64,000 bases of DNA, from positions 6,314,448-6,378,447 of the forward strand of contig BDGG01000002.1 in the NCBI GenBank assembly GCA_001949185.1, read 5' to 3'. The position numbers were made by a program, and so were the translations under genes. Source of the stretch: Ramazzottius varieornatus (lineage: Eukaryota; Animalia; Tardigrada). Below are positions 23,859 through 38,203 of the stretch, one piece after another. Position 1 is the stretch's first letter. Each line of letters opens with the position of its first letter. The notes beneath the pieces were generated by a model, which saw only the letters and a program-made list of their open reading frames with translations, was not told the DNA's origin and did not search any database.

Positions 23859-26800
23859 ATGGCGGAAGTGAACGACTTGTTCATCCGAAGTCTGCGAAAC
23901 TCTACCCGCCGGAAAGCAGGCGTCCAAAATGGCACTGGTCTCACATTATCAAAGTCACAAACATCGCCCGTCTCCCAGCTGACATCTCATCATCTTTCAA
24001 GTGCTGCTGATGGCGCGGAAAGCTCCCTGGCAGAAAAGGATCAACACGCAAGGCAGCCACCACCAGATTTGCTGGCTAATCTGACGCCTCGTCCTCCTTC
24101 TTCTGCTAGCGTTCGCTTTTCGCCGCAGTTAGAAGAACGCACTGCCTCGCCACTTCCGGTCTCGACGCCTCCTCCGAAAAAGAAGCGCTGGATGCCATTC
24201 TCCTCCAAAGTCACTACCGTTCCTTCACAACTCATCAAAGAGTATCGAACGCCTTCCAATCTACCCCAAAGTGGACGTCGTCATTCAGCCTGCGTGAATA
24301 ACTCTCCGCCGATCGAATCCCAAGTCCGCGTCGTTCCCACGTGGTTCCCGCCCAGTAATATCTCGTGAGTTGAAATCGTCCGTATGTCGGACTGATCTAA
24401 ATGTCCCTAGTCTAACGTTTCCGTCGATGTTTTCAGTAAGCTGAAACGTGAGGGTTCCTTTCACGGGGAGACTGCAGCCTCGCGGTTGTTAGCCGCCAAG
24501 AAGCGTGCTCAGAGGATGGCCTTACAAGAGCAACGGAACTCTCTGGTTGGTAGTGATAATGACGCCGGAAGGAAATCCGATGCATCCGCAGTCTTTAATG
24601 AAGAAAACAGTGGGGTTGCGGTGGGTCTTTCTGGTGAGTGTTATTATTCTTTTCGATGCTTGACTGACGTTCAAGGGCTTAGTATATGTTGTTGTATAGG
24701 AGGGAGCCCGCGACAGAGCACGTCTGAAGAAACAGCAGGCGGATCTTCATCCATCATCTGCCCTAGACATGCAAGGCATCACCACATTTCCATCCCACCC
24801 GTACCAGAAAACTGTGAAGGTGAGCACATTAAAGGCAAAATAATATATTAATGTGGGAGCTCCGAGCTAGGTGGTCCAAATCGACCAGATCATTTCCCCA
24901 AATGACGCATCTTTTCGAAGATATTGGCTGGAGGTGCGCGCCACTTAGGAGAAAATCTGGTCAAGTTTGTTTGCCAGACTGTCAGGCATCCACAAACGGA
25001 CACGATGAATTTATCTCGTTTCCGCTTTGAAAGTTTTCATTCCTGTAGTCTTTCCATCTGGTATTTTTCTCTTGCCAGTTGCTTGCGTTTGTCATTGGCT
25101 TTGTCTTTTTTAGACGATATCTCGGTGAGCAGCCACTCCTCGAAGTCAAGAAGGTTTCCTCCCCCTCCCCGGAAACCAAAAGCCATGTTCAAGTTCGGAA
25201 CCCTTCCGCGTTCTTTCAAGGTCTCTGGACGCTCAAGCCCAGCGCCAAGCACTCCTAGCCTAGAAAAATTCTTCAAATGGGCCCCGGTCGAGGCGGACTC
25301 TCAGGAAACCGAAGCTGGTCCAAAGAGTGCACCACCTGTGTTTCGAAGAGTCAAGTCCGTCAACAACAAGAAGAGCTCCAGCAAGAATTCGAACCGGAAC
25401 TCATGGCACTCTGTCGTTCGATCTGATGTCGCGCTTCCAAAGCCCGAAGTGTGGTTTAACGATGAGAATGTTGCGCCTGCTGTCTGCGTGACATGCGGTG
25501 ACGTCAGGAAACATCAGCACTTGGTTCAAATCTCGGATGATCTAACACTAACTGATACTCGATACTTCATTGGAGACAACGGCGAAGGTAACTGAATAGC
25601 CAAAAATATTTCTTACAATTAAACTACGTAAGCAAACACACTCGAAGATCGTTTTCCAAGTGGCGCACGCTTTTAGCCGTCAACATTGGAAAGCTGCGCT
25701 ACTTGCGAAAAACATCTCCACATTTCCTTATCATTTTGTTCGTTTCCAGAGATTCCAGAAAGGCCAACTATTCTCAGTGACAAGCGCCTGTCCAACTGGA
25801 ATGGCGGGAAAGAAAAGTGGGTAATGGACCAAGCTTCGTCGAGAGAAAGCTCGCCCGAGTACGAAGATGACGGGGACCCAACAATGGCGACGCCGAACGA
25901 CGAACCCTTCTCCTATGGAGATGACAGTCTGCAGCGAATGTCAGATATACTCGACGGCACCATGTCGTCCGTTCGGAGAGATATTGTTAGTGATTCACGT
26001 TACCGTTCTTGAACGATGCTAATTTGGATTAGTGAGTAACTGTTTTGTTGTTCTAGAATAACTTCGGCCTTCAGGACAGATCGATGTTTTCGAAACTGCT
26101 CGATTTGAGTGATCAAATTCGTCAGTGGAAAGGCCCACGAACACAACGAATCCGAAGTGTTGATTCATCGCCCGTACTGAGCCATACAAAGATAACGACC
26201 GGCTCTCAGTCAGAAGGTGCCATAAGTAATGATGGGCGTCATGGGAAGGTGCCATCATTGCTGCTTGGCGCCTCCATTAAGTCTATCCCTGAAGAAACCA
26301 GCCGCCTTCCCCGAACCTACAGCATGGAAAACCTTCAGCATCACACCCGCGGCAAAGGTGAGCAATGGGTCTTGGTAGACAACAACCTTCCAAAAATGCA
26401 ATCAAACTCGACAAGATCATTTTCTAAGGGGCGCACGCTTTCGGTCACTAGCAAAGGAAACGTGCGCCACATCGGAAAACAATCCTGTCAAGTCTGTTTA
26501 CCGAGCTCTAAACTACTGAAAATTGTACAGACTTTTACACAAAAGTTAGGTAGTACGTGAGGGAAAAGATGAAGAAGTGTGTCAAATATCTATCTGACAA
26601 TCGAACAATGGAACTTCCAACTCTATGGCAATTCGGTCTGAGAGAAAAGTACAAATTTGGGTTTTGATCAACTTTTTCTGTCTGTAGAGACACTGTTCAA
26701 CGGAACGCCGTTCGCGGTCCGTTTTGTTGACCCGGACGTTTCGGCGTCTCAGTTACGATCCAACATCCATCTTTCTTACACGGACCTGTTGAAAAACCCT

Positions 26801-26902
26801 GCAAAGCTCTGGTCCTTATCATCACAGCCTGGCTCAATGTCGGTCTCCTCGACGACGATAAGCCGTGGTACTTCACATAGTATTTTCACCAGACTTCTGT
26901 GA
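23859..26902 (+). CDS. Uncharacterised Ser/Pro-rich, probably disordered protein (multi-exon; 3' end uncertain, about 26902-26956)
   Basis: Successive + strand ORFs bounded by good splice sites (about 23852-24365, 24437-24633, 24700-24819, 25114-25587, 25750-25985, 26073-26357, 26687-). Low complexity, no recognisable domain. Confidence 0.6.
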
Positions 26903-28008
26903 TTGTCCGAGAGAAAGTCTTGTTTTTGATTGATTGTTCTTGAGCTTATAGTCTGACGGGAGTCTGTCCGTGTCTTCGGGACGATAGAGTACAGTGGTCG
27001 ACGCTGCTGAAGTGCCGGTATGTAGGGCTGAAAGCGAAGCTGTTCTCTAGCGGTGGCTACTGCGACGTGATACTTTTTTGTTGAGTTATCACTATTAAGT
27101 GGTCCAAGTGGTCAAGAATGATGTAAGACTTTCGCTTTACGAGCCTGCAGACAGAAAACCCAAGTGTGTCAAAATGCGAGCGGAACATGTCCATTATTTA
27201 CGCTTGGCTGCCTCTCCAAAGCGTTTTCTCAGTCCATGCAAGGAGTCGCTGCGGTTAAATGCTCGAAATAAAATCCTTCTGAGCTTTGGCATAATTTCGT
27301 GGTTAAGTGCAGGGCGGATTCATGTTAAGTGCAATTAACCGACTGGCATCAAATTATCAACTCAAATAGCACCTCATTCTTCACAATCAAAAGCCGAGTT
27401 CTTTGAAATGAAAATGAATATGAAGATTCTGAAACGTCCTTAAAACGCCCACGCGGACAAACCAGCAAGTCAAATATTCCATGAGGTTTTTCGTTGACGT
27501 TCCTGGCGTACGCCCGATTCCACGGTGATGTTATACGGTCGACTTCCGCAATTTTCAATGGCAGCTCTGAAGCGAACGATCCGGTTAGATAGATCGACTT
27601 ACGACAAGCTCCAGTTTGCGCGCAGTGGTTTCGCCAACAGGCATGCCTATAGATATTTTCGCTGACAAGCTAAAGCTTTCAACCTCCGCGGCAGCTTTTA
27701 GCCTCCGAGATGAATCAAAAATTGTTTGGAACAGGTAGGGCAATGGTGTGTCATCTTTTTAATGTCAAAGACGTGGTCTGTTTACCTGCATTAGCTGCAG
27801 AAATTCACTTGAACGCAATAGTGCTAAAGTCAACCAGCGTCTTGGTGGTAGTTGCGAGTAGGACTGCAGTGTTTCTAGATTAATGATGCAGATCACGGAA
27901 CCCGGAAGCTCTGACTTATAAGTGGATAAAAGTCCCGTCTGCGGCTTTACCGGGATTTCCCGTCACCAGCCGCACGTTCTGGACATCGGCTCCAAATTCC
28001 GTGGAATC

Positions 28009-28811
28009 ATGGATTTCAGTGCGTCTGTAACACCGGTGTTCTTCGTCTTGCTGTCTGTGATAGCTTCCTGTTCATCCCTCTCTGTCACCAGTTGTGGTAA
28101 CCGAAGTTCCTCTCATGATATCTCAGTGTCAAAGTTACCACGCTGTTGTTGTTTCTGCAGGATCAAGCGATGTTATTCGTGTGAACAAGCTGGATCTTCG
28201 CCCTTCGAAACTTCAAGGAGGCCAGCCGGCAACTCTACATGGGGAATGGGAAATTCTTGGTGACATCAAGCAACCTATCAGAGCGGAAACACGCATATTT
28301 AAAGAGATGTTTTTCGGAATCAGAATACAGATACCGTGCTCGAATAATGGTGGCTCCCGTGCGGAGTTTGGCTCGTGGTAAGTGGTGCCCTCTTTTGAGT
28401 TCCGTGCAGCGTACCTGCATTGGTACACTAGGCTAACCGCCTCGAGTTCTCTCTGAATCCCACACAGCGATCTTAATTTCTGCCCAACAAGTTACGTTAA
28501 TCATACAAGCGGATGTAGAAAATAACTAACTTTCTTTGTTCCAGCACATACAACGATACGTGCCAACTGCTCAAGAGCTCCTCTTCCCTGTGCGACTTCT
28601 CCAAAGGTGTCCACCAGGGAGACCTAAACTTTAAAGTTCCTTCTGGAGGATTCTTGACGGTGTGTTTGTCTATTTCCTTATGGTTTATCTGGGACCTCCC
28701 CATAAGACGTCGACTGTCCCCTTTTAGGGCAATTATGATCTCGAGCTAAAAGTATCGGATGGAAATGGACGCCAGCTTGGCTGTTGGAAAGCGACTGTGG
28801 GTCTTCAGTGA
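28009..28811 (+). CDS. Secreted ML-domain lipid-binding protein, GM2-activator-like
   Basis: Exons 28009-28096, 28161-28377, 28545-28659, 28728-28811. Signal peptide MDFSASVTPVFFVLLSVIASCSS, then VTSCG...IQIPCSNN...FGSCTYNDTCQLL...LTGNYDLELKV...QLGCWK, the GM2A/ML cysteine pattern. Confidence 0.85.
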
Positions 28812-31800
28812 CGGTGACAGGGAGCTCGTGAACCAGCAGAGATTTCTTCCGTGTTAGGCCTGCTGTTATTGTCGCGTTAATGATGAATGTCCAACGTTTC
28901 TGTGTTTGGCTTTTAGAGATTGGACATTTTCTGAATCAGTTCGATTGAGTTATACATGTGGGGCGGCCTAACATCAAGAAATACTGTACGTTTGATTTGA
29001 ATGGTTGATTGTTCCCAATTTGCTCCTTCCTGTTGTGAAGTGCCTGTTAGATCCCAGGCGGTTAATTGACACACGTCCGATATTGTATCGATTAACTTCC
29101 GGTTGCTCCGTGTTTTCACACTGCGTCTTCGAGCGGGATAAACAAGGATAGCGTGCTTGCCAAGCATACAGTCCGAATACTTTCCACCACTCTCGATCAG
29201 AAATTACCGATACCTGTCAAGGCATTAGGCACCATAGAAGGAATCAAAGGTCAACAGCATATCACGCTCACCGCGTTGATGCTCAATCGATCAGGAAATC
29301 CATCGTGAGCCACTGATACGCTGTGATTTGTATATCGTGATGGGATCTCTACACGAAGCGGCGTTTTGTTCACACAGCGTAAACAATTTTGATATGAAGG
29401 CAATATGTGCGCTTCCGGTAATCACCCTTTCTCATGCAGGCCAACCGGAAGTTCCAGGGCATGCAACCGGTACGCAGTAAAAGGAAAACTCCAGCCCGCG
29501 GTCTCATTCTATTTCCCATAAAATTCTTAGTCTTCATCTAGAACGTTGGCAAATGATTTGAACCACATCGTTCTCCTAAGTGGTGCACATTTTTAGCAAA
29601 TATTAACAGAAAGGTGCGGCACTTGAATCACTATCTGGTTTAGTTCATTTTTCCACGTCATCTGGTGCTTACTATCATTGTACTGCTTGTGTCGTAATTC
29701 TTAGGTGGATATTTTAGTAGTTGTGGAACTGACTGTAAATTCTGCAAGAAGTGTCAGCTTGGATGCTACTGAAAAACACACATAAAAGCCCAAGCAGGGA
29801 GAGCTGTGAAGCTTTTATGGTAAATATGGTACTTGTGTATATGCCACCATGGAATTGTGTTCGTAAGCCTGCTGAGCTGGTATCCGCCTTCCTCATTAAC
29901 TCGCCCAAAACATAAGTGGTATCAACGACAAATGAATGAGTTATCAGCTGTCTGCTAATCCGTAGAAGCTGTCAGATTCCTTGAGGAGAATGAACAATGA
30001 CACGAAAGGGGGGAAAGACCCTCGCAACAAGAAAAGGTGCTTCAGGGGACCGCCCAACTAACTAGATGACAATTACCTGCCCTCCCATGATCTCCACTTG
30101 ATCGCACCTTGCTACAACGCATTACTGGGTACAATACTCAGGTCACTTAATCCACCTCGTCCAGCCCCGGTATTTATCAAGACGACGGCGCTGCTCGTCA
30201 GGAGGCCTTCTCAACAACGAGCCAGACACCCTTTTGCTCCAGCTTGCTGTTTTTGTTTTACATCCATTCAGCCCAGCCTCAAGTGATACTTGCATAAAAC
30301 AACACCACAATGATGTCCAGAGTTTGCATCACAAGTGCCAACCAAGGTGTGGATTTAGTTCTGACACCTTTAGTTTTGATTCAGAACTGCAGTCTTAATA
30401 TTTAGACAGCTATTCATTTAGCAGAACAATTACATTTAGAATTCGTGCCATATAAGCAGGAAGGCACAGCCTGTTGAAGTGATCCGCCAGCCGTGTATGG
30501 GTCTTGAGATGCCGTACACATCTAGAAATCTTACAATGCTTTCAGAATCTCTTATCTAGAACACCCAATGCTGGCTATATGCATGTGCAAGTTTCAAGCC
30601 TTCATCTATCAATAAATGGACTAACCAAATTGTGGACATTTACTCTAGCCTTAAGCTTGCTTTAGCCGAGGATAATGTGTCGGTCGAGTTTTCTCTAAGC
30701 CGATATTTTCTCCGATTTTCTGATTTCGCATCGGAAAGTCGTTAAGGGTGGCAGAAGCAGCGAACCCCAGCAAGAACCTTTCGGAAGTATGCAGCCACAT
30801 GCCGGTATACATGACTGGGTCGTCAAGATGTTGACCAACCTTTGACTGTAAAGAACGTGCAAACTGTCCACGATACGTCTGTGTTCGATGTGAAGTGAAT
30901 TACATTGTGAAAGAAAGCAGTTAGGGTATGAATAATAGTTGTTGAAAACATGGTTAATAAAAGGACAAAGACGTCGTGGCAGGTCCGAGCTGAACGCTTG
31001 ATCCGTGGAGGCCATCGTTGCACGCAGACGTAGCATAGTGCGATAGACTATTATGGCTAATTCACTGACAACCTTTAGCCTTGTTGATAAAACTCTTGTT
31101 AATACTCTTGGGCTTGTAGGGTTGGCGTTTGAAAACGCATTCAACCTGATTTGACTGCCAGTAATCTCTCGAGAGATTACTGCGCGATTTCCATTGACGC
31201 TGCGCGACAAGTCTCCTCACCTCAGGCACTCCTTGCCTTTACCTCCATCAGTGCCAGCGACACTTTTCTTCGGCAATTACTTCATCACGTTGCCTGATTG
31301 ACAGCTCGTAATGACTTTTCACTGCTTGTCCCAAGCGTGTGTCGCACGGGCCACGCGTTCTGTCACAAAGGCTAAAAGTAAGAAAACCATAAAGTCTATA
31401 ACGTGATTCGCATCGCACTGTTATGACCACAAGAACCAAATACCGTAATATGCCAATCACAGTAATAATACTCAACTAAGGCCACCTGGACCATTAATCT
31501 GAAGTATTTCTATCGGTTCGTTTCTGGAAAAAATAAGTTACATTCTGCACCATAAGAACGAACGGCAAGGTGCGCGGGTTCGCCTAAGAGAGGACTATAG
31601 GATCGTGATGAGATTTCCTCGAAGGTCCTCATCGTTCAATGCGCCCCGCTTCAGCAATTGCAGCAATTTTCTTGCATCATGAGGCGCTGTCTATATAGTT
31701 ATATCTATATACGACGTGCTGTCTATATAGTTTTGATAATACTGAACAATATTTGCCATCCATATAGCAAACTCGTAGTCTATTAATGGGCGTTGTCACT

Positions 31801-33589
31801 CAAGGCGCTGTGGTCTAGTCGAAGGCCCGCCGGAAGCCTACGGACCTCCAGTCTCTGTCTTCATCATAAGCATCGTCAGCAGGACGCCCCTGATGGAATT
31901 GTTAAAGCCTATCATTTAACAAAGTGCTGAAATCCTCAGGAAAGATGGCAAAATGCGCGCATGCCGTTCCGCCCATCCCATCATCCTATCTCCCACGTCT
32001 AAGCTGGCAGACATGAGCTTGGGCAGTGTCATGTGGCGCGTTCCAGCCAGCGCCTAAGTTGGGTGCTGATCCGGTGCGGGAGAAGAGGAAATCTTCTCCT
32101 TGGGCCACCCTGCTCGGCCTGCGGACAAAATGCATTAAAGTCAGACAAAATGCTGTGTTGGTGTTGTCAGTAATTGTCCGCATGTCATTGTCTATTAGTA
32201 CAAGGGAGGTGACAACAAATTAACGTCAATTACATGTTCCCTCCACAACAAGCTCCATTAGAAGTTCCAAAATATGGCGCGTCAAGAAGAATATTCGCCC
32301 ATTGATGGCATTGTCCCGATCTGTGGGGAAGCAATCACTCTGGCTACGCTCGGTTTGCCCACTTGTATGGAAAATATTATATAGCCCCCTCTCGGCTTCG
32401 CTCAGCGTCCCGCAGAGTATGGCAGACTTCTGCTTCTGCTCCCCATGCTTGTCCCGCTTGGCAAGTCAGTCCAAAAAATTCCCCTCCGAAAAATGACCTC
32501 AGTGTTTCAAAGCAGAAAACATGAGGTTGCGTGTGGTACGCTGCTGTACGAAGAACGGCTCGAAAAATTTCGGCAGTGATGAGGCCGAGAGATTTGTTCG
32601 GAATCTTCCGCGAGCGTCTCTCCAAAGTACAGATTCCGTCTTATACAGTATGTTCATTCTCAAACTGACAAGCAAGTAAGAATATTTTATGCTTTATTCC
32701 TCGTCTTGAAAATCGGTCCACCACAAGTTTTTTCAGCGACTTGTGGACCTTCTCGAGTTGGTTGAAGTTTGACAACCTTAATTTTTCAGTTTACGTAGAA
32801 AGGTATTAGGTTCAATTTAAGCGTCAATCTACCGGGTCAAGTCGCAACATTGAGGCCAGTACCAAGTTACGTGCTGTAAATGGTGCGGCTTGATTGTCAG
32901 TAAGCACGCCATGTCACATTGATTGCAGGTGCGGCAGCCGCCAACCGAAGGTGCTCATAGAAATATTGTTAGCCCACGTCATTGTTTAGCAATATGGAAA
33001 ATTATATTTGCAGAAACATAGCATATACAGTTTGTATATTGCTTTCGGGTTATGAAGTACATCACGGTGGAAGGGAACATCGCGCTTTATCAACAAGAAA
33101 GTGGCTCCTTCCTTTGTCCCAACCCACCAATCAGGCCCTGTATTTACCAGTTGGCAAATCGGCACCGGTGTTTAGGACAACAGATAGCTCGACGTACGGA
33201 AAAACACGCGGAAAAGATCTCGCAAGGTTCGAAATGTCCACGTGGTTTCATTGGTGCATGTGCCAATGGGAGGCGGGCCTAGTCCATTCGTCCATTGAAG
33301 GAGGCTGGCTCAATGGCGCCAATTGGCCGTCCGTGTTTGTCGCGCCGACTGCCCATTCTTTCACAGAGGGCCATGTTGGGATAGGAAACGGCGAACCTAG
33401 CTCTTGACATTCGCAAAGCTTTGGAAAACACAGCTCAAGTCGTTTGCTGTTTTCAGTGATATCCTTTCTTCGTGTCACACAACGGGTTTTTCTTGTTTGG
33501 CGGACAAATCTGCGCGTTAAGCCTTAATGACTGGTGCATAACGATATTTCCCTTTTGGTAATCAGGACAGGAAGTCTATCCGGAATTTC

Positions 33590-35255
33590 ATGGACTTATC
33601 CTCCAAGATGTCGCAACAACAACCCTCTACTGTATCCACCTCGTTCGCCAACGTCAGCAGCGCCAGCTTAGCCGGTAGCTCACCAATTAGGTACGGCGGA
33701 AATCCCTCCACGTTCCCCGCTGCGTTTGCCATGATGGATTATTCTCATCCTATGTCGGCTATCGGGGCCGCCAATCCATATCGCCCCCAAACACAGATGC
33801 AGTCCCAACCATTGACGGCACAACAACAACAATATTTGGCCGCTCATCAACTGCAGGCCGCACAGGAAGCCATGCGTTACCGGGCGGCGGCATTCTTCCC
33901 GCCATCATCCCAAGTTTCACCCAACATGGGACCACTTCCTCTTCCGTCATTTGCCTATCCCGCGCTGGCCGGGTATCCACACCACTTCGCACCAGGATAT
34001 CCCCGCAACTTCTTTGGCCGCTTTGTCCAACGCGAGGCCGAACTACCTAAGCCGCAACACAGCTACATCGGCCTAATTGCCATGGCCATCCTCAGCTCAC
34101 CAGAAAAGAAGATGATCTTGAATGATATCTACCAGTGGATCCAGGATCATTATCCCTATTTCAAGTCTCGTCCTCCGGGCTGGAAGAACAGTATTCGCCA
34201 TAACTTGTCGCTGAATGCCTGCTTCGTCAAGGACGGCCGAAGTGCCACTGGCAAAGGTCACTTCTGGTCCATTCATCGAGCCAACGTCAAAGGTAATTTG
34301 CTATGATGAATTCATGGGTATTTAAAGCAGCGAAAAAAATGGAGAAGTTTATCGGATTTTTTCTTGTTTGGGCAGACTTTATGGCCGGCGACTTCAGAAG
34401 ACGCAAGGCTCAACAGAAAGTTCATAGATCGGAGGGGAAGATGGTTGGGGACGATGAGGAGGATGTGGAAACCAGTCCGAGTCCTTCGTTGAGTGACGAG
34501 AAAAACCAGGCGGCCATTTACGGTGAGTTGGTTTCATGTTCTGTGATTTTTATTGACAATCAATTAGCGCGGCAAATCAAAATCAAATCTGTTGGGAAAT
34601 TGTTGTCCCGTTTACCTATAGCGATTTAGTGAAATCTAGTTGAGATTCACTGATAGCTCTGTTTATACGAGTATGAAGTTGTGAAGTGAAGTTTTGAATG
34701 GCACTTCGGCAAATAATTACAGTACGCCCAGTTTGTTATGTCAATAGCGCGATCGCATTGTTACTGGGTGAAAGAATGCGCCACTCGGAAAAAAATCAGG
34801 CGACATCCAAAATATCAGTTACGCGAGATGTTAGATAGACTTTTGTACTGAATATGTGTTTTTTAGATGATATGGAGAGCCCAATGGCTTCGGCGTCGCC
34901 CAAATCGGTGTCCTCGGTTGTTGTGACGGGAGCGGCGGATGCGCCGTCAAAGACGGTGGTAGCCGCAGTGTCCCTGCCAATGACAAAACGCAAGCGAGGA
35001 GGCTTCGATATGGATAGCCTGTTGGCACCCGATACCAAGGAGAAGAGTCCCGTACGTTCCAGCCCGAGTCATCATTCCCAGCCGCTGTTAGAGACTAAGG
35101 AAGAAGCTGTCGTCAATCCTCTTGAGCAGTTCGGTCCGAGGGCGTTCGGCATGCAGAATGGATTCGGTGTGGACTTCACTAAAGAGCAGTGGGATCACTC
35201 ACTGTCCCGGATCCTCGCCCATTCCTACACGGCTAAGTTTAGTAGTTCCTCTTGA
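33590..35255 (+). CDS. foxQ2: Forkhead transcription factor FoxQ2 (fd102C-like) with C-terminal EH1 motif
   Basis: Exons 33590-34292, 34376-34522, 34867-35255. Forkhead [31 protein letters not shown]...[51 protein letters not shown] and EH1-like [10 protein letters not shown] (35004-35033), both typical of protostome FoxQ2. Confidence 0.92.
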
Positions 35256-35957
35256 TTTGTTAAATCCGTTTGTCGGTCAATCTCCTCGACAGCTTTAGCT
35301 GATGCAATTGGGCGCGGTAAGCTACTTTGAGGCGAGATGAAGTTAAGAATTTCCAATAGCTGTGATTTTCCTTCATTTGGATCTGGTTTGCTTTGAGAAA
35401 AATCCTTTCCGTTGATTACCTGCCAGGTTGGCGTTTGTTCATTCCTGTTTGCCGCTTTTGGCTTGTATTTGATTTTTCTGCGTTGTTTAAAAACTTTAGC
35501 TATTTTATCCCATAATTGAATATCGCATGTGGCTGCAAATGAATAAATTGTTTGTATTGTCTGTAGTTCTTTCGAAAAAAACTTAGGACAAGTTCCCAAT
35601 GTATTGTCTTGCCATACCTGGTCAGAAAACAGCATGAATATAAATTGAAAATAAACAGCATGAACCAACTGTCTACCCAGGAATTTCCGGCCAAACCGGC
35701 AGTGCGACAGATGGCGCTCTGGTCTCCGTTAGTTACCACCGTGACTCTTTTGAATAATGTTCTGGGTTGAATGTCGACGAAAGGAATTGCAGTTGTCGTG
35801 TAAGATGGTTGTCCGGATGGATGTTTTAGTTGCAGAAAAAGTCTGTATAGTTGTACAAAGATCTGCATTACAAGTCGATTTTTGAGGAGTGAGCTAATTA
35901 TCCGTTATATCGGGTAACTACTGCTTCGTGGTCATCATGGTCAGGGGGGAAGGCAAA

Positions 35958-37907
35958 ATGTTTTTGAATCGTCCGCCCAGCGTAGAACTGACGAAGAGGG
36001 AGAAATTGCAGCGGATCCGCGAGCTGGTGAGATTTCGCTGAAGTAATCTGAAGTCCTATGTAGAAAGTTTCCTGCAACTTACGCTTGGTTTTCGGTTTAT
36101 ACAGAGGTTCTCCGCAGATTCGTCAAAGAAGGCTTCCGGTATGGTGTGATCCCTACGTTCCCCGTTGGACACCGCCTAAAGATGCACTTTCAAACCATCA
36201 ACAGGAGGACGCGAACCGAGTAAAGCAAGAAAGGCTGAAGGATTTTCGAGAATGGTACCTGGCGAGAGACACCGGCCAGTTCGAAGAAAAGCGACAAGCC
36301 AACCGGGAAAAAGCAGAAGTTGATGCTCAGCTTTATTACGATGAGATGGAGATTTCGGACCGCGTGGCAGAGTAGGTAAACTATTTCTGGCCACATCAGT
36401 CAAAAGTAATCCCGATATTGGATGAACTTCCGGTTATAAGTTCCTTGTTAAGGCTTCAGGACGTACTCAAGAACGATGAGCAGCAGATAAAGAGCGAACT
36501 TCGAGCCTACCATGCAGCACAGCCCTCAGACCTGGAGGCGAAACGGGAAAGAACGATCTTTCTAAAAGACAAACATCACAGAGAAGAAGCGGCCTTCGTT
36601 GAAAAGCAACGTGAGAGACAATGGAAGTTAGTTGCCTCAACTTTTAATGAGTGCGGACAATTGGCTCTGGTACTTCCGGCTGAATCTAATTCGATAGAAT
36701 TTCAGGTCGAGTACTGCGGCTGAGGAGATTCGACGATGGGAAGCAAAGGCGCACAAAGAGCAAGCAGCCAGAGATCTGGAAGAACTACAGTACTTTAAGC
36801 TGCTGGAGAAGCTAGAGGACACCGAGGTGGATATGTATTTCGAGAAACTTAGGCTGGCTCGCATTGCGAAAGAGCGGAAAGACATGGATGAACGAGAGCG
36901 TGAACACCAGGTGCTCGAATGGCGGGGGCAGAACGCATTGATTGAGCAGATGCTTGAACATGCTCACAAGAAGGAAGAAGCTGCGAAAAAGAAGGAGACG
37001 GAAACCTATGAAAGAATCCACTTCGAAGAACGCCTAAAGTTTGACGCTTTCAAAGACCGGTTCGAGGACCATATTGAGAAACTAAGATTACGAGATGAAC
37101 TGACGCATCAGGTAAAGTCCAAATATATGGTCCTCGAAAAGAAAAAGCAGGACGAGATAGACAGGAAAGCCATGGTGGCGTGGCAGAAGCAGCTGGTCGA
37201 GGAAGGTGAAGAGCAGAATGCTTCAAAGCGGAAACTCAAAGTACAGTAAGGCTTCAGCCTGGGTCTCGCTACACATGCAGTACGTGAGCGGAGATATGTA
37301 GTGCCTTCTCTCATCTTTTAGGCAGCGTTGTACAAAAGACAGCTAGAGGGAATTGCATACAAGAAATTGCTGAAAGAAGTCTCGAACCAGTCGCAGATTG
37401 CCAGAGACAAAGCTGTGGCGGAGTACGTCAAGGAAATGCAGCTTGATGCCTTGTATACTTACCTGGACTGCCTCAAGACCCGGCAAGGTTTGCAAAGCCG
37501 GACGGATAAAGAACTGGCCTTTCAGATCAAAACGCATGGTACGTTTATCTTTGTACATTGCTCTTATGGACAGAAGAATTAATTTGTCATTTTCAGCTGC
37601 CGAAAAGATTGCTAAAGAAGCAGCGAAGGTTCACGAGCTGGAGCAGGAGAGGACACAACAGGCAAAGCATAAAGCTTATCTTGCACAGAAAGCTGCCGAA
37701 AAACGCCATCAGCAACGCATCTCAGCCCATGTTCTCAAGGCACAGGCAGCCGACAAGACCTTTAAAGAGCAGCAGGTGGCTGCGCAGGACCTTCAGTTTG
37801 GCCTGGACCAAGAAGCCAAACGTGTAGCCGAAGACGAATACATCGGGAAGATGGCATCGCAGCTAGGCTTTCCGGTTCCTTCCCGGGTCACGAAGTTTTC
37901 AATTTGA
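35958..37907 (+). CDS. Cilia/flagella coiled-coil protein, CFAP53 (CCDC11)/trichoplein TPH-family-like; 5' exon structure uncertain
   Basis: Multi-exon E/K/R/Q-rich coiled coil. DLEAKRERTIFLKDKHHREEAAFVEKQRERQW...EEIRRWE resembles the CFAP53 motif. Stop at 37907. Confidence 0.65.
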
Positions 37908-38203
37908 TTCAAAGTGCAGCTAATATTAAAAGTGATGCACGGATATTCAGAAAAGAGGAACGTAAAGAAGCAGTCTGGACACTGTAAACGTATGCAGTAG
38001 CGAAGCAACAAGGATAATCGCATTTTAGCAAAGAATAAAAACCGTGCGCGAGGCTCATAGCTTGAAACAATAACAATGGGTAAAACGAGATTAGAAATAC
38101 ATCCGACGATTAAAACATAGAAAGTGCCACTCGTTGAGCTACCAAACAAAGAAGAGTTTACAGTCAAGAATGATCGTTACTTCGTCGGAGAGAATATATC
38201 CTG

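Noticed and set aside
31600-31750. GTGATGA ... CTGA as a possible C/D snoRNA
   Set aside because: No terminal stem or recognisable guide; such motifs are expected by chance.
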